Positions 18,880 through 26,281 are shown, numbered from the stretch's first letter. The stretch is DNA of 64,000 nt from an uncultured virus (IMG/VR IMGVR_UViG_3300042864_000556) (IMGVR_UViG_3300042864_000556); one strand, 5' to 3'. A program made the numbers and translations. The notes: generated by a model from the letters alone, not told the origin.

Positions 18880-18881
18880 AG

Positions 18882-19163
18882 TTATTCAAGGTTATAACAC
18901 CATCTTAATTGTTCTTGTTCGTACCATTGCAAATCACTTACGTCAACCACTACTTGTTCTGTTCTTACCAATCTTTCTACTTCTGTTTTGGTTAATAGAT
19001 TTTTGCCTATCCACCAACCTTGATTTGACTGAGGGATGTATCTTGGTATGCCGTCTATCCTAAACAACATCTTTTTGCGAAAGGCGAATTTAGAACCCAT
19101 AAAGTGAAAATGATTGCTATAAACTATTACGTTGTAATCAATACTTAACTCTTTGTTATTCAT
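18882..19163 (-). CDS. Hypothetical protein starting inside the attI-like site
   Basis: ATG at 19163 lies between the conserved boxes. Confidence 0.6.
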   Translation of the reverse strand: MNNKELSIDYNVIVYSNHFHFMGSKFAFRKKMLFRIDGIPRYIPQSNQGWWIGKNLLTKTEVERLVRTEQVVVDVSDLQWYEQEQLRWCYNLE

Positions 19164-19200
19164 GTTGTTATTGTTTTGTTGTTCGCATATAAAGAAGTTA
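19136..19200 (+). other. attI-like terminal site of array C
   Basis: ATCAATAC-N36-GTTCGCATATAAAGAA-GTTA. Confidence 0.7.
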
Positions 19201-19455
19201 TAGGAAATTTATGGATTTTAAGTATTTTTCAACACCTTCCTTTATTCCTAAACTTTGGTTATGTATTCCATCACATTCCATTGATTGACAAAAATCCATA
19301 AACATTCCTATAACAGCAGGTTGGGCAAAATTTTTATTTGCTTCCCTCGCCATTATTAAGCAATCTACATAAGCACCTTTCACCCTTCTATTAACATTTG
19401 TGTTAGTTGGGATGCTGTCTGCTTTCAATTTAATTTGTTCAATTAGTTCTTTCAT
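19198..19455 (-). CDS. Cassette C1 hypothetical protein (starts in attC loop)
   Basis: Reads through the hairpin arm (NFAQPAVIG); stop at the GTTA junction. Confidence 0.6.
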   Translation of the reverse strand: MKELIEQIKLKADSIPTNTNVNRRVKGAYVDCLIMAREANKNFAQPAVIGMFMDFCQSMECDGIHNQSLGIKEGVEKYLKSINFL

Positions 19456-19517
19456 TCTATTTATATTTTGTTGTTAATAATCCGCAAATAAAAACTTCGC
19501 CAACCTGCGAAACGTTA
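19311..19517 (+). repeat. attC-like site C1 (long coding loop)
   Basis: TAACAGCAGGTTGGGCAAAATTTTTATTTGC...GCAAATAAAAACTTCGCCAACCTGCGAAACGTTA. Confidence 0.8.
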
Positions 19518-19525
19518 TCGGCAAC

Positions 19526-20260
19526 CTAAAAAGACAGCGTACCTTGTTTGATACTTTCTGAAATTCGTTTGATTGCCTTATCAATATATTCTTTGTCAAT
19601 TTCACACGCTGTTAAGTGTAAATTCATTTTATCTAATCGGTTTGCTTTATCTACTGCTAAAGCTATTGAGCCACTCCCGAAATGGGTGTCTAAAAGTTTT
19701 ATTCCATTAGTTGCAAATCCTTTAATGCAAAAATCATAAACCTCTGTTGGTTTTTGTGTTGGATGAAATCTTATTGTAGGTTTTCCAACGCCTTTTATAT
19801 TTCCTTCATATCCGTATCTATTTCCGTCCCACATATATTTAAAAATTTTAGCATTTTTATCAAATGAAGTCCAAGCCATTTCGCAGTCTGCATAAGTATC
19901 TGAATGGTTCAATTTGTCCCAATTAATAAAACATCTTGTATTATTCAAATGCTCTATAAAATAATTTCCACCCCAAATTATTTGGTTTTTACTTACCCTT
20001 TTTAGTTCTGTAAAATATTCTTTTGAAGGTATTTTTGAATCCCAATCATTTGCCGAATTATTATTAAGCCGTTTGTTTTTAGTTATATTTATTCCATAAG
20101 GCGGGTCGACAATTGCCAAATCGAAATATTTATCAGGGTATTGCTTCATTATTTCCATACAATCAGCGTGGAAAAGAGAAAGGAAAGGCAGCCGATAACA
20201 CGGTATAAAACCAATAGCGGTTTCGGTGGTTTGTGTTGTTTCTGTTGTATCTATATTCAT
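19526..20260 (-). CDS. DNA methyltransferase (N6A/N4C, beta-class), cassette C2
   Basis: DPPY, HPTQKP, FGSGS. Confidence 0.9.
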   Translation of the reverse strand: MNIDTTETTQTTETAIGFIPCYRLPFLSLFHADCMEIMKQYPDKYFDLAIVDPPYGINITKNKRLNNNSANDWDSKIPSKEYFTELKRVSKNQIIWGGNYFIEHLNNTRCFINWDKLNHSDTYADCEMAWTSFDKNAKIFKYMWDGNRYGYEGNIKGVGKPTIRFHPTQKPTEVYDFCIKGFATNGIKLLDTHFGSGSIALAVDKANRLDKMNLHLTACEIDKEYIDKAIKRISESIKQGTLSF

Positions 20261-20319
20261 TCTACTAATTTGATAAGTTATTACTATTTAATCCGCTACT
20301 GGTCTTATACCCAACGTTA
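20196..20319 (+). repeat. attC-like site C2
   Basis: TAACACGGTATAAAACCAATAGCGG...CCGCTACTGGTCTTATACCCAACGTTA. Confidence 0.8.
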
Positions 20320-20322
20320 GCT

Positions 20323-20556
20323 TCAATTGCCTGCCAACGCACAGACAAAATCCCAACGAACATTTGCATCTTCTAATGTTTGGTGATTAGTTGTTTTCTT
20401 GTTTTTTCTTTTAACGGTGTAATAATCATATTTACTTGGTTTAAAATCTTCATTACAAGAACAATCACCAAAACATTGGCATCCTGTAAATCTTGTTATT
20501 CCAGTATGATGATACATCACGTTAAGTTCGTTTTCTTTTATAATCTCTTTTGCCAT
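20323..20556 (-). CDS. Cassette C3 hypothetical protein (CxCxxxCxC)
   Basis: Fills cassette. Confidence 0.65.
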   Translation of the reverse strand: MAKEIIKENELNVMYHHTGITRFTGCQCFGDCSCNEDFKPSKYDYYTVKRKNKKTTNHQTLEDANVRWDFVCALAGN

Positions 20557-20600
20557 ATTTTTGTTTTTAATTCGTTAAGCCCACGCAAGGCAACTAAAGC

Positions 20601-20649
20601 TAACAGCACATTGGCGGCATTAAAACGACCGCCAATCTGCAAAACGTTA
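20601..20649 (+). repeat. attC-like site C3 (shortest intact, 49 bp)
   Basis: TAACAGCACATTGGCGG...CCGCCAATCTGCAAAACGTTA. Confidence 0.8.
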
Positions 20650-20658
20650 TAAGCCATT

Positions 20659-21030
20659 TTAGGACGACACACCGTTGATAGCAAGTAAATTCTCCCAACC
20701 ACACGAAACATCGTAACCTAAATCATCGGCTTGATTAACAGTCAATGCTTTTAATTCAATAGTTTCAGTTGGTTCTTTTGGCATTTCTTTATAATCCCAC
20801 CATTCAGAACCATCATACTCGCCTCTTTCAAGCCACCAATTTTCACCAACCACTAATAAATCTTGTGCAACTTTAGATGAACCATAACCACTATCATAAT
20901 CAACATCAGCGTTTTTCTTGAAATCTTCCCAAGTTGTTTTATGAGTTGAAGTTCCTACCCATTTTACATCTGTTTCTTTTTTGTTATTTCTCTCTAATAA
21001 TTCAAGAGTTTCTTTTAATAAATTGCTCAT
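20659..21030 (-). CDS. Cassette C4 phage protein
   Basis: DYDSGYGS...WWLERGEYDGSEWW motif. Confidence 0.75.
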   Translation of the reverse strand: MSNLLKETLELLERNNKKETDVKWVGTSTHKTTWEDFKKNADVDYDSGYGSSKVAQDLLVVGENWWLERGEYDGSEWWDYKEMPKEPTETIELKALTVNQADDLGYDVSCGWENLLAINGVSS

Positions 21031-21077
21031 TGTTTTTAAATTAAATTGTTAAGCCAAACACGAATAAAAACGGCTTA

Positions 21078-21168
21078 TAACAGTGGTTTGGCAAAATACC
21101 GCCACAAGCCTTTGTTCTATAATTCAACATTTGTGCAAGGCGGTACTTCGCCAAGCCACCAAACGTTA
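21078..21168 (+). repeat. attC-like site C4
   Basis: TAACAGTGGTTTGGCAAAATACCGCC...GGCGGTACTTCGCCAAGCCACCAAACGTTA. Confidence 0.85.
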
Positions 21169-21186
21169 GGTGCAATAGCTACGACA

Positions 21187-21711
21187 CTACTCCGCAATGA
21201 CATTTTCGACATCATTAAGTTTCTGTTGCAAACTATTTACTTGCGATTTTAAGTTTTCAATTTGACGAAGTAAGCCATTATTTACTCTTTCATCATCTTT
21301 GAATTTATGCCAGTTGTTTCCAATTATTTGCACAATAGCATCTTTCCAACGCCATTCAAATTGATAGTTCCTATGGGTGTAGTTTTCAATTACATTTTCC
21401 ACACTTAACATTATTGCTTCATCGGTCAAAGTTTTAGTAAGCTGTTCTTTGTTATCCAAAAACAACTTTTCACGAAGTTTGGCAAATTTATATTGCATCG
21501 GATTTTGGATAAATTCTTCTGTAATATCCTTAATCAATTCACTTTCAATTTTAGATTTTGAATTAAGGTAGTGTTCGTAAATCCAGCTTTCCATTTCATC
21601 ACTAAATTTGCCTTGCAATTCGTCTGTAATTTTAGTAATACTTGCTTTCAATATCTTACTTGAAGCATCGTTTATTTGTTCTTCGGTAAATACTTTGTTT
21701 AAACTTTCCAT
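21187..21711 (-). CDS. Cassette C5 coiled-coil hypothetical protein
   Basis: Fills cassette. Confidence 0.7.
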   Translation of the reverse strand: MESLNKVFTEEQINDASSKILKASITKITDELQGKFSDEMESWIYEHYLNSKSKIESELIKDITEEFIQNPMQYKFAKLREKLFLDNKEQLTKTLTDEAIMLSVENVIENYTHRNYQFEWRWKDAIVQIIGNNWHKFKDDERVNNGLLRQIENLKSQVNSLQQKLNDVENVIAE

Positions 21712-21768
21712 TTGTTTTTTATTTATTTTGTTAAAATTAAAATTCTACTAATCAACCGCTACTGCACC

Positions 21769-21855
21769 TAACACGGGTTTGGCAAAAGTGGGCAGAAACA
21801 TTCTGCTAAATTTGAGCATCCTACAAGCCCACCTTCGCCAAGCCCGAAAACGTTA
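21769..21855 (+). repeat. attC-like site C5
   Basis: TAACACGGGTTTGGCAAAAGTGGGC...GCCCACCTTCGCCAAGCCCGAAAACGTTA. Confidence 0.85.
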
Positions 21856-21864
21856 CCACCAATG

Positions 21865-22272
21865 CTATAAGACACGGTAGTAATTCTTTTCAAATATTCT
21901 GACAACCATATCACGTTCCCATTTTGACAACTTTGACTGCTTGTTTTGAATAAGTCCGTATTCTTTGACAATATCAGTTCCATCAGGCAATTTGCGTTCA
22001 TATCGGCTTTCTCCATACCCATACAAATCATTCATATAAGGCATATAAATCATTGAAGCCATTGCCATAATTCCACCAAGTTTTGATGAAACGTGTTTAT
22101 GTTTTCTTTGCTCTGTTTTTATAGGTGCATATTTTACACCATTCAAATCAAAACTTTCATCAGGTTCGATATTGTCAATTACAACAACATCAATTCCTTT
22201 ATTTTTCAACTCTTGAACAACATCATTTTTTCCGTGTCCAACGTGTCCAATTATTCCTATTTTATTTTCCAT
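21865..22272 (-). CDS. Cassette C6 hypothetical protein
   Basis: N-terminus KIGIIGHVGHGK; fills cassette. Confidence 0.7.
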   Translation of the reverse strand: MENKIGIIGHVGHGKNDVVQELKNKGIDVVVIDNIEPDESFDLNGVKYAPIKTEQRKHKHVSSKLGGIMAMASMIYMPYMNDLYGYGESRYERKLPDGTDIVKEYGLIQNKQSKLSKWERDMVVRIFEKNYYRVL

Positions 22273-22310
22273 TTGTTTGTTAAATTAAAATTCGTTAAAA
22301 GCACTGGTGG

Positions 22311-22388
22311 TAACAGCACATAAGCAAAAGCCCAAATCCCTCGCTAAAGCCAACGCTATTTGTGCCTTCGCTTATCTGCAAAACGTTA
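22311..22388 (+). repeat. attC-like site C6
   Basis: TAACAGCACATAAGCAAAAG...CTTCGCTTATCTGCAAAACGTTA. Confidence 0.8.
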
Positions 22389-22396
22389 TAGGGCAT

Positions 22397-22708
22397 TTAG
22401 CCATCAACACCTTCATAACCGTTTGGAAGTATTACAGAGCCATTTCTTTTGCGAAATGTTTGTTTGCGTTCTCCAGCTTTGTAGGCATTAAATAAATCAG
22501 TTTCATCATACATTTTAGTAATATCAATTAATGATTCAACTTCATTGATTCTAAAATGTTCTTTAACGACCTGTTCGGGTTTTATCAATTCTCTATTAAT
22601 TTTATCAGCTATTGCTTCGTACATTTCAGGTGCTACTGACACTCCACCACGTTTGTAGTCTCTTTGTTCAAACTCTTTTAAAATTGCTATTACTTTCTTT
22701 TTTGACAT
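22397..22708 (-). CDS. Cassette C7 hypothetical protein
   Basis: Fills cassette. Confidence 0.7.
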   Translation of the reverse strand: MSKKKVIAILKEFEQRDYKRGGVSVAPEMYEAIADKINRELIKPEQVVKEHFRINEVESLIDITKMYDETDLFNAYKAGERKQTFRKRNGSVILPNGYEGVDG

Positions 22709-22731
22709 TGTGGGTAAAAATAAACGCCCTA

Positions 22732-22819
22732 TAACATTGCATACACAAAAGCGGGGGCGAAGTGCTAAAATGTATGTTCGGGTTAAAGAAGCCCCGCCTT
22801 CGTGTATGCTTTGCCGTTA
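22732..22819 (+). repeat. attC-like site C7
   Basis: TAACATTGCATACACAAAAGCGGGG...CCCCGCCTTCGTGTATGCTTTGCCGTTA. Confidence 0.8.
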
Positions 22820-22828
22820 GCGGTAATG

Positions 22829-23140
22829 CTAATCCCATCCACGACAACCATCGTAATGAGAATTTACAAGCCACAGTTCATCATTATTGTTTTTAGGGAA
22901 AATAACCCTATCTTTTTGAGTAAAAGCAGTTTCGTTTTTTGAAATTTTTGAGCAATGACAGCAATGATAACCTTCGTTTCGTTTGTCAATTACTTTTCTT
23001 TTTGATAACTCCAAAGTGAAATTTTCCCTATATTTCTCAACTAATACGTCTTTAAAATATAGTTCTTTTGCTAAGACCGACAAAGCACTACCGCTAACAT
23101 CGGTTTGGCAAGATTGGGGGTTCTGTGGTAAATTGTTCAT
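22829..23140 (-). CDS. Cassette C8 hypothetical protein (starts in attC loop)
   Basis: Leader NPQSCQTDVSGSA encoded by hairpin arm. Confidence 0.65.
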   Translation of the reverse strand: MNNLPQNPQSCQTDVSGSALSVLAKELYFKDVLVEKYRENFTLELSKRKVIDKRNEGYHCCHCSKISKNETAFTQKDRVIFPKNNNDELWLVNSHYDGCRGWD

Positions 23141-23221
23141 TTGTGTTTCTATTTAAAATTTTTAGTAAAATTGAGCGATTGTGCTTTTAAGTCCCCAACC
23201 TCGCCAAGCCGAGAACCGTTA
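23095..23221 (+). repeat. attC-like site C8
   Basis: TAACATCGGTTTGGCAAGATTGGGG...CCCCAACCTCGCCAAGCCGAGAACCGTTA. Confidence 0.85.
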
Positions 23222-23242
23222 GGTGCAATGCCAGCAGACGTG

Positions 23243-23962
23243 CTAAAATAAGCTGACCGATACACCATTAAGCAAGTTTTTACCTGTTTTACAATATTCG
23301 GGTTCGACTTCAAAACAAATGAAATCCCGCCCTATTTCTTTACAAGCTCTTGCAGTTGAAAAGCTACCAGCAAAAGTGTCCAAAACTAAATCGCCTTTAT
23401 TGGTGCTTTTTTCTATCAAGTGCCTTAAAAGGTTTGTTGGCTTTTCTGTTGGGTGGTTATCGGTTGTCATCTTTGCACATTTAATAACATTGCTACTTCG
23501 CCCACCATTTAATTTTTTGCTTCCATTGCTACAAAATATTATCAGTTCATATTTCGGGGCGTAATCACCAAGCAAATCACCGCTACCGTGATTATTCTTT
23601 TCCCAAACTAAAATATTTTTCACATTAAAATACGCCCCTAATGTTTGCTTAAAAACATCAATGTTATGCCAGCTACAAAAAATATAAAGGTGTGCATCAT
23701 CTTTACAAACCCTTTTAAGTTCTTTGCACCAATCGTCTAACCAATCTAAATCAGTATCGTTTTGGATGCTTTTATGCTTTTCTTTTCGTCTATTGCTTCT
23801 ATAAGCCATTCCATAGGGCGGGTCAGTCAAAACAAGGTCAATAGTATTGGTAAAAACTTGCTTAATTGCATCTTCCCAATCAACACAAGCAACCTCGTTC
23901 ACGAAAGGCACTGCACCTAACACGGGTTTGGCAAAATTGCCGTTTTGTTCTTCTATCAACAT
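23243..23962 (-). CDS. DNA methyltransferase (N6A/N4C, beta-class), cassette C9
   Basis: TDPPY, HPTEKP, DTFAGS. Confidence 0.9.
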   Translation of the reverse strand: MLIEEQNGNFAKPVLGAVPFVNEVACVDWEDAIKQVFTNTIDLVLTDPPYGMAYRSNRRKEKHKSIQNDTDLDWLDDWCKELKRVCKDDAHLYIFCSWHNIDVFKQTLGAYFNVKNILVWEKNNHGSGDLLGDYAPKYELIIFCSNGSKKLNGGRSSNVIKCAKMTTDNHPTEKPTNLLRHLIEKSTNKGDLVLDTFAGSFSTARACKEIGRDFICFEVEPEYCKTGKNLLNGVSVSLF

Positions 23963-24037
23963 TCGTTCTTAATTTTAAACATTTGTACTTCTATTTAGCT
24001 TTTGTGTTCGGCAACTTCGCCAAGCCCGAAAACGTTA
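23918..24037 (+). repeat. attC-like site C9
   Basis: TAACACGGGTTTGGCAAAATTGCCG...CGGCAACTTCGCCAAGCCCGAAAACGTTA. Confidence 0.85.
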
Positions 24038-24283
24038 CCTGCCATTTCGGACACGGTACTCGACACCATTAAACAACGACTTCATTACTCGCCTTGCAGT
24101 TTCAATATCCTGAATATCTTTATCAGGGTCAATAGTTCCCATACTATCCTGAACGCATTGAAGCATATAATCAATTTCGCTGTTTAATTCCTGCTCTATT
24201 TGCTCCAAAGTAAGAGAAACGGCAGGTAACACACGTTTGGCGTCATTTGGGCTAACGCCTTGCCCTTGAACATTAGTTTCCAT
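24035..24283 (-). CDS. Cassette C10 hypothetical protein (starts in attC loop)
   Basis: Leader NDAKRVLPAV; stop at GTTA junction. Confidence 0.65.
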   Translation of the reverse strand: METNVQGQGVSPNDAKRVLPAVSLTLEQIEQELNSEIDYMLQCVQDSMGTIDPDKDIQDIETARRVMKSLFNGVEYRVRNGR

Positions 24284-24352
24284 ATTTATCTTTTTTTAAG
24301 TTGAACATTAGTTTTCCAAAATCCCAAACGAACGCCAAGCGTGGGAACGTTA
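24227..24352 (+). repeat. attC-like site C10
   Basis: TAACACACGTTTGGCGTCATTTGGG...CCCAAACGAACGCCAAGCGTGGGAACGTTA. Confidence 0.8.
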
Positions 24353-24360
24353 TAGGGCAT

Positions 24361-24633
24361 TTAATCGAACTCCGTAGAAGCGATTATGCAAAAATCATCA
24401 CCCACTGCTAAATCGTAAAGTGGTATAGTTTCAATATCTTCTAGGTCGTTTTCGTCATAGTCAGTATTTTTAACCATGGTTGTCATTGCTAATGCGTCTG
24501 AAATTTCTTCCAAAGTTTCAATTTCCTGCAATGGCAAATCGAAATCAGCATCATACGATTTTAATAGGTGTAATTGATTTTTGGCAGTACACCAGTCAAT
24601 TCTGCCATCTTCAAAAGTTAGTTTAAATATCAT
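24361..24633 (-). CDS. Cassette C11 acidic hypothetical protein
   Basis: Start reassigned to MIFKLTFEDG within the cassette. Confidence 0.65.
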   Translation of the reverse strand: MIFKLTFEDGRIDWCTAKNQLHLLKSYDADFDLPLQEIETLEEISDALAMTTMVKNTDYDENDLEDIETIPLYDLAVGDDFCIIASTEFD

Positions 24634-24655
24634 GATTTTAATTTTAAACGCCCTA

Positions 24656-24742
24656 TAACAACAAACATAAGCAAGTGGGCGGTTAATGCGTATGTTGTGG
24701 GTTTGTCGAGCATTGCCCACCTGCTCATGTTTGCGGTCGTTA
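24656..24742 (+). repeat. attC-like site C11
   Basis: TAACAACAAACATAAGCAAGTGGGC...GCCCACCTGCTCATGTTTGCGGTCGTTA. Confidence 0.8.
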
Positions 24743-24776
24743 TGGAAAATTTTAAAAACCTTTTCCCACCGCACCG

Positions 24777-25193
24777 TTAATCCTCGTCAACAAATCCGTC
24801 AAGAGTTTGTCTAAAGTTTGCGATTTTTCCGTTTTCGTCAATGTCCATAATGATATAATCACCGTAACCACTTTCTTTTGGACACATCATTTTTGGTACA
24901 TAATCCTGTTCAATTGACAAAATGGTATTGCCTTCTGCATCTTGCAAATAATAACTACCTGCATCGCAAACTTTATAATGTACTTCGGCTTTTACACCTT
25001 GTTTCCAATTGGTAATTACACCGCTATCAATATCAATAATTGGACACCACAATTCACCCTGTTTACAAGGTATTAAATCGCCTTCGGTATCTTCAACACC
25101 ATTAACGGTTGCATCTTCGTAATATCGTACACCTGCTTTTACTACTAAAGTTTTCAATTCAACTTTTTTTTCAATTTTTACTGTTGCTTTCAT
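24777..25193 (-). CDS. Cassette C12 phage protein
   Basis: VRYYEDATVNGVED...HYKVCDAG...YGDYIIM; start probably MKATVK. Confidence 0.75.
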   Translation of the reverse strand: MKATVKIEKKVELKTLVVKAGVRYYEDATVNGVEDTEGDLIPCKQGELWCPIIDIDSGVITNWKQGVKAEVHYKVCDAGSYYLQDAEGNTILSIEQDYVPKMMCPKESGYGDYIIMDIDENGKIANFRQTLDGFVDED

Positions 25194-25245
25194 TTTTAAT
25201 TGTTGTTTAAATGCCACCCCCTAAAAGGTTTTTAAAACTATCCCA

Positions 25246-25333
25246 TAACACGGGTTTGGCAAAATGCCGCAGGACAGTTAGTGCTAAAATTTAAGTTTCG
25301 AGTAGCGGCACTTCGCCAAGCCCGATAACGTTA
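25246..25333 (+). repeat. attC-like site C12
   Basis: TAACACGGGTTTGGCAAAATGCCGC...GCGGCACTTCGCCAAGCCCGATAACGTTA. Confidence 0.85.
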
Positions 25334-25564
25334 CCTGCCATTTTCAAGACACCAATACACAAAGATTTCGTCAACTTTTGCGTGTGGGTATTTAGATGGA
25401 TTATAGGATAACATTTTTGGAGAACCTGCTACATAGTAATTATCTCGGATAAAGTTGCCGAACGCAATCATTTCTTCCGAAGAAAAAACGGCAGGTAACA
25501 ATGGTTTTGCGTCAGGCGGGGCATCTTGCTCCGAATAAACATTTGAGGTTAATTTATCTTTCAT
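25331..25564 (-). CDS. Cassette C13 hypothetical protein (starts in attC loop)
   Basis: Leader PPDAKPLLPAV; stop at GTTA junction. Confidence 0.65.
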   Translation of the reverse strand: MKDKLTSNVYSEQDAPPDAKPLLPAVFSSEEMIAFGNFIRDNYYVAGSPKMLSYNPSKYPHAKVDEIFVYWCLENGR

Positions 25565-25619
25565 TTTTCAAATTTACTTTTGTGGTTAATAATCCCGCCC
25601 GAACGCAAAGCCATTGTTA
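25496..25619 (+). repeat. attC-like site C13
   Basis: TAACAATGGTTTTGCGTCAGGCGGG...CCCGCCCGAACGCAAAGCCATTGTTA. Confidence 0.8.
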
Positions 25620-25826
25620 GGCGTAATGCTGAAACATCTTGAGAATATCATCTTCGTGCAATGAATTATCTTCCCACCATTCACCATATCCAAACATTTG
25701 CATTTCATAATCACGTTGTTTGGACTTGGTTAGTTTATTCCACCACAATAAAGCACTACGCCTAACAGCAAGTATATTCAATTGCTGGTTCTGTGGTTTA
25801 TTTGAGTTTTGTGTTTCTATTTTCAT
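25617..25826 (-). CDS. Cassette C14 hypothetical protein (starts in attC loop)
   Basis: Leader QQLNILAVRRSA; stop at GTTA junction. Confidence 0.65.
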   Translation of the reverse strand: MKIETQNSNKPQNQQLNILAVRRSALLWWNKLTKSKQRDYEMQMFGYGEWWEDNSLHEDDILKMFQHYA

Positions 25827-25888
25827 TTGTTCTTAATTTAAAGTGTTGTGATTTTAAATCCGCAACTAAATATACTTGCGAACCGTTA
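25763..25888 (+). repeat. attC-like site C14
   Basis: TAACAGCAAGTATATTCAATTGC...GCAACTAAATATACTTGCGAACCGTTA. Confidence 0.8.
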
Positions 25889-25956
25889 GTGGCAATGCTA
25901 TAATCCGCCAAAACCACAACAAACAGTAAGTTTTGGCGAACTATCAATCACCGCTA

Positions 25957-25987
25957 CAAATGTAATACATTTTTAATCAAATACAAA
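25957..25987 (-). promoter_or_regulatory. Promoter firing into array C
   Basis: Minus strand TTTG-N19-TACATTTG (-33/-7 Bacteroidota consensus). Confidence 0.65.
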
Positions 25988-26281
25988 CTTTACATTGTCA
26001 AATTTACACATTGTAAGGTTTTTAGCTACATAATCTCCTATGTAATAAGCAGTGAACTCGTCAATGTCGTTGCCCTCAAACTCCTCAACAACCTGTTCTT
26101 GGTGCTGTTTAATAGCCTCTGACACCCTTGTAACGGTAAACCCTTCATCTGATATAGTTTCAAGCATATCAGCCATAGCTGCGTTGCTCGGTGGCATCCC
26201 TACATAGGTATAATCCCATGTAGCGTTGTTTAGAATGTCTCTTACTTTGTGTTTGTCTATTTTTATGTTAGCTGATTTCAT
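25973..26281 (-). CDS. Hypothetical protein
   Basis: Early-region ORF. Confidence 0.55.
   Translation of the reverse strand: MKSANIKIDKHKVRDILNNATWDYTYVGMPPSNAAMADMLETISDEGFTVTRVSEAIKQHQEQVVEEFEGNDIDEFTAYYIGDYVAKNLTMCKFDNVKFVFD

Larger units (their letters stand above)
19136..25900 (+). mobile_element. Integron-like cassette array C (14 cassettes)
   Basis: 14 attC-like hairpins alternating with single genes; self-complementary cassette ends. Confidence 0.88.

Noticed and set aside
21865..22272. GTPase call from GHVGHGK
   Set aside because: Only a P-loop-like fragment; no other G motifs and the protein is too short
24634..24774. Extended N-terminus of ORF 24361..24774
   Set aside because: Runs across a whole attC into the next cassette; ATG at 24633 fits better
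19136..25900. CRISPR array
   Set aside because: Repeats are divergent hairpins of 49-207 bp separated by whole genes; no cas genes seen
19136..25900. Hairpins as plain terminators or REP elements
   Set aside because: No U tracts, several are read through by ORFs, and this would not explain cassette-end complementarity or the conserved terminal site
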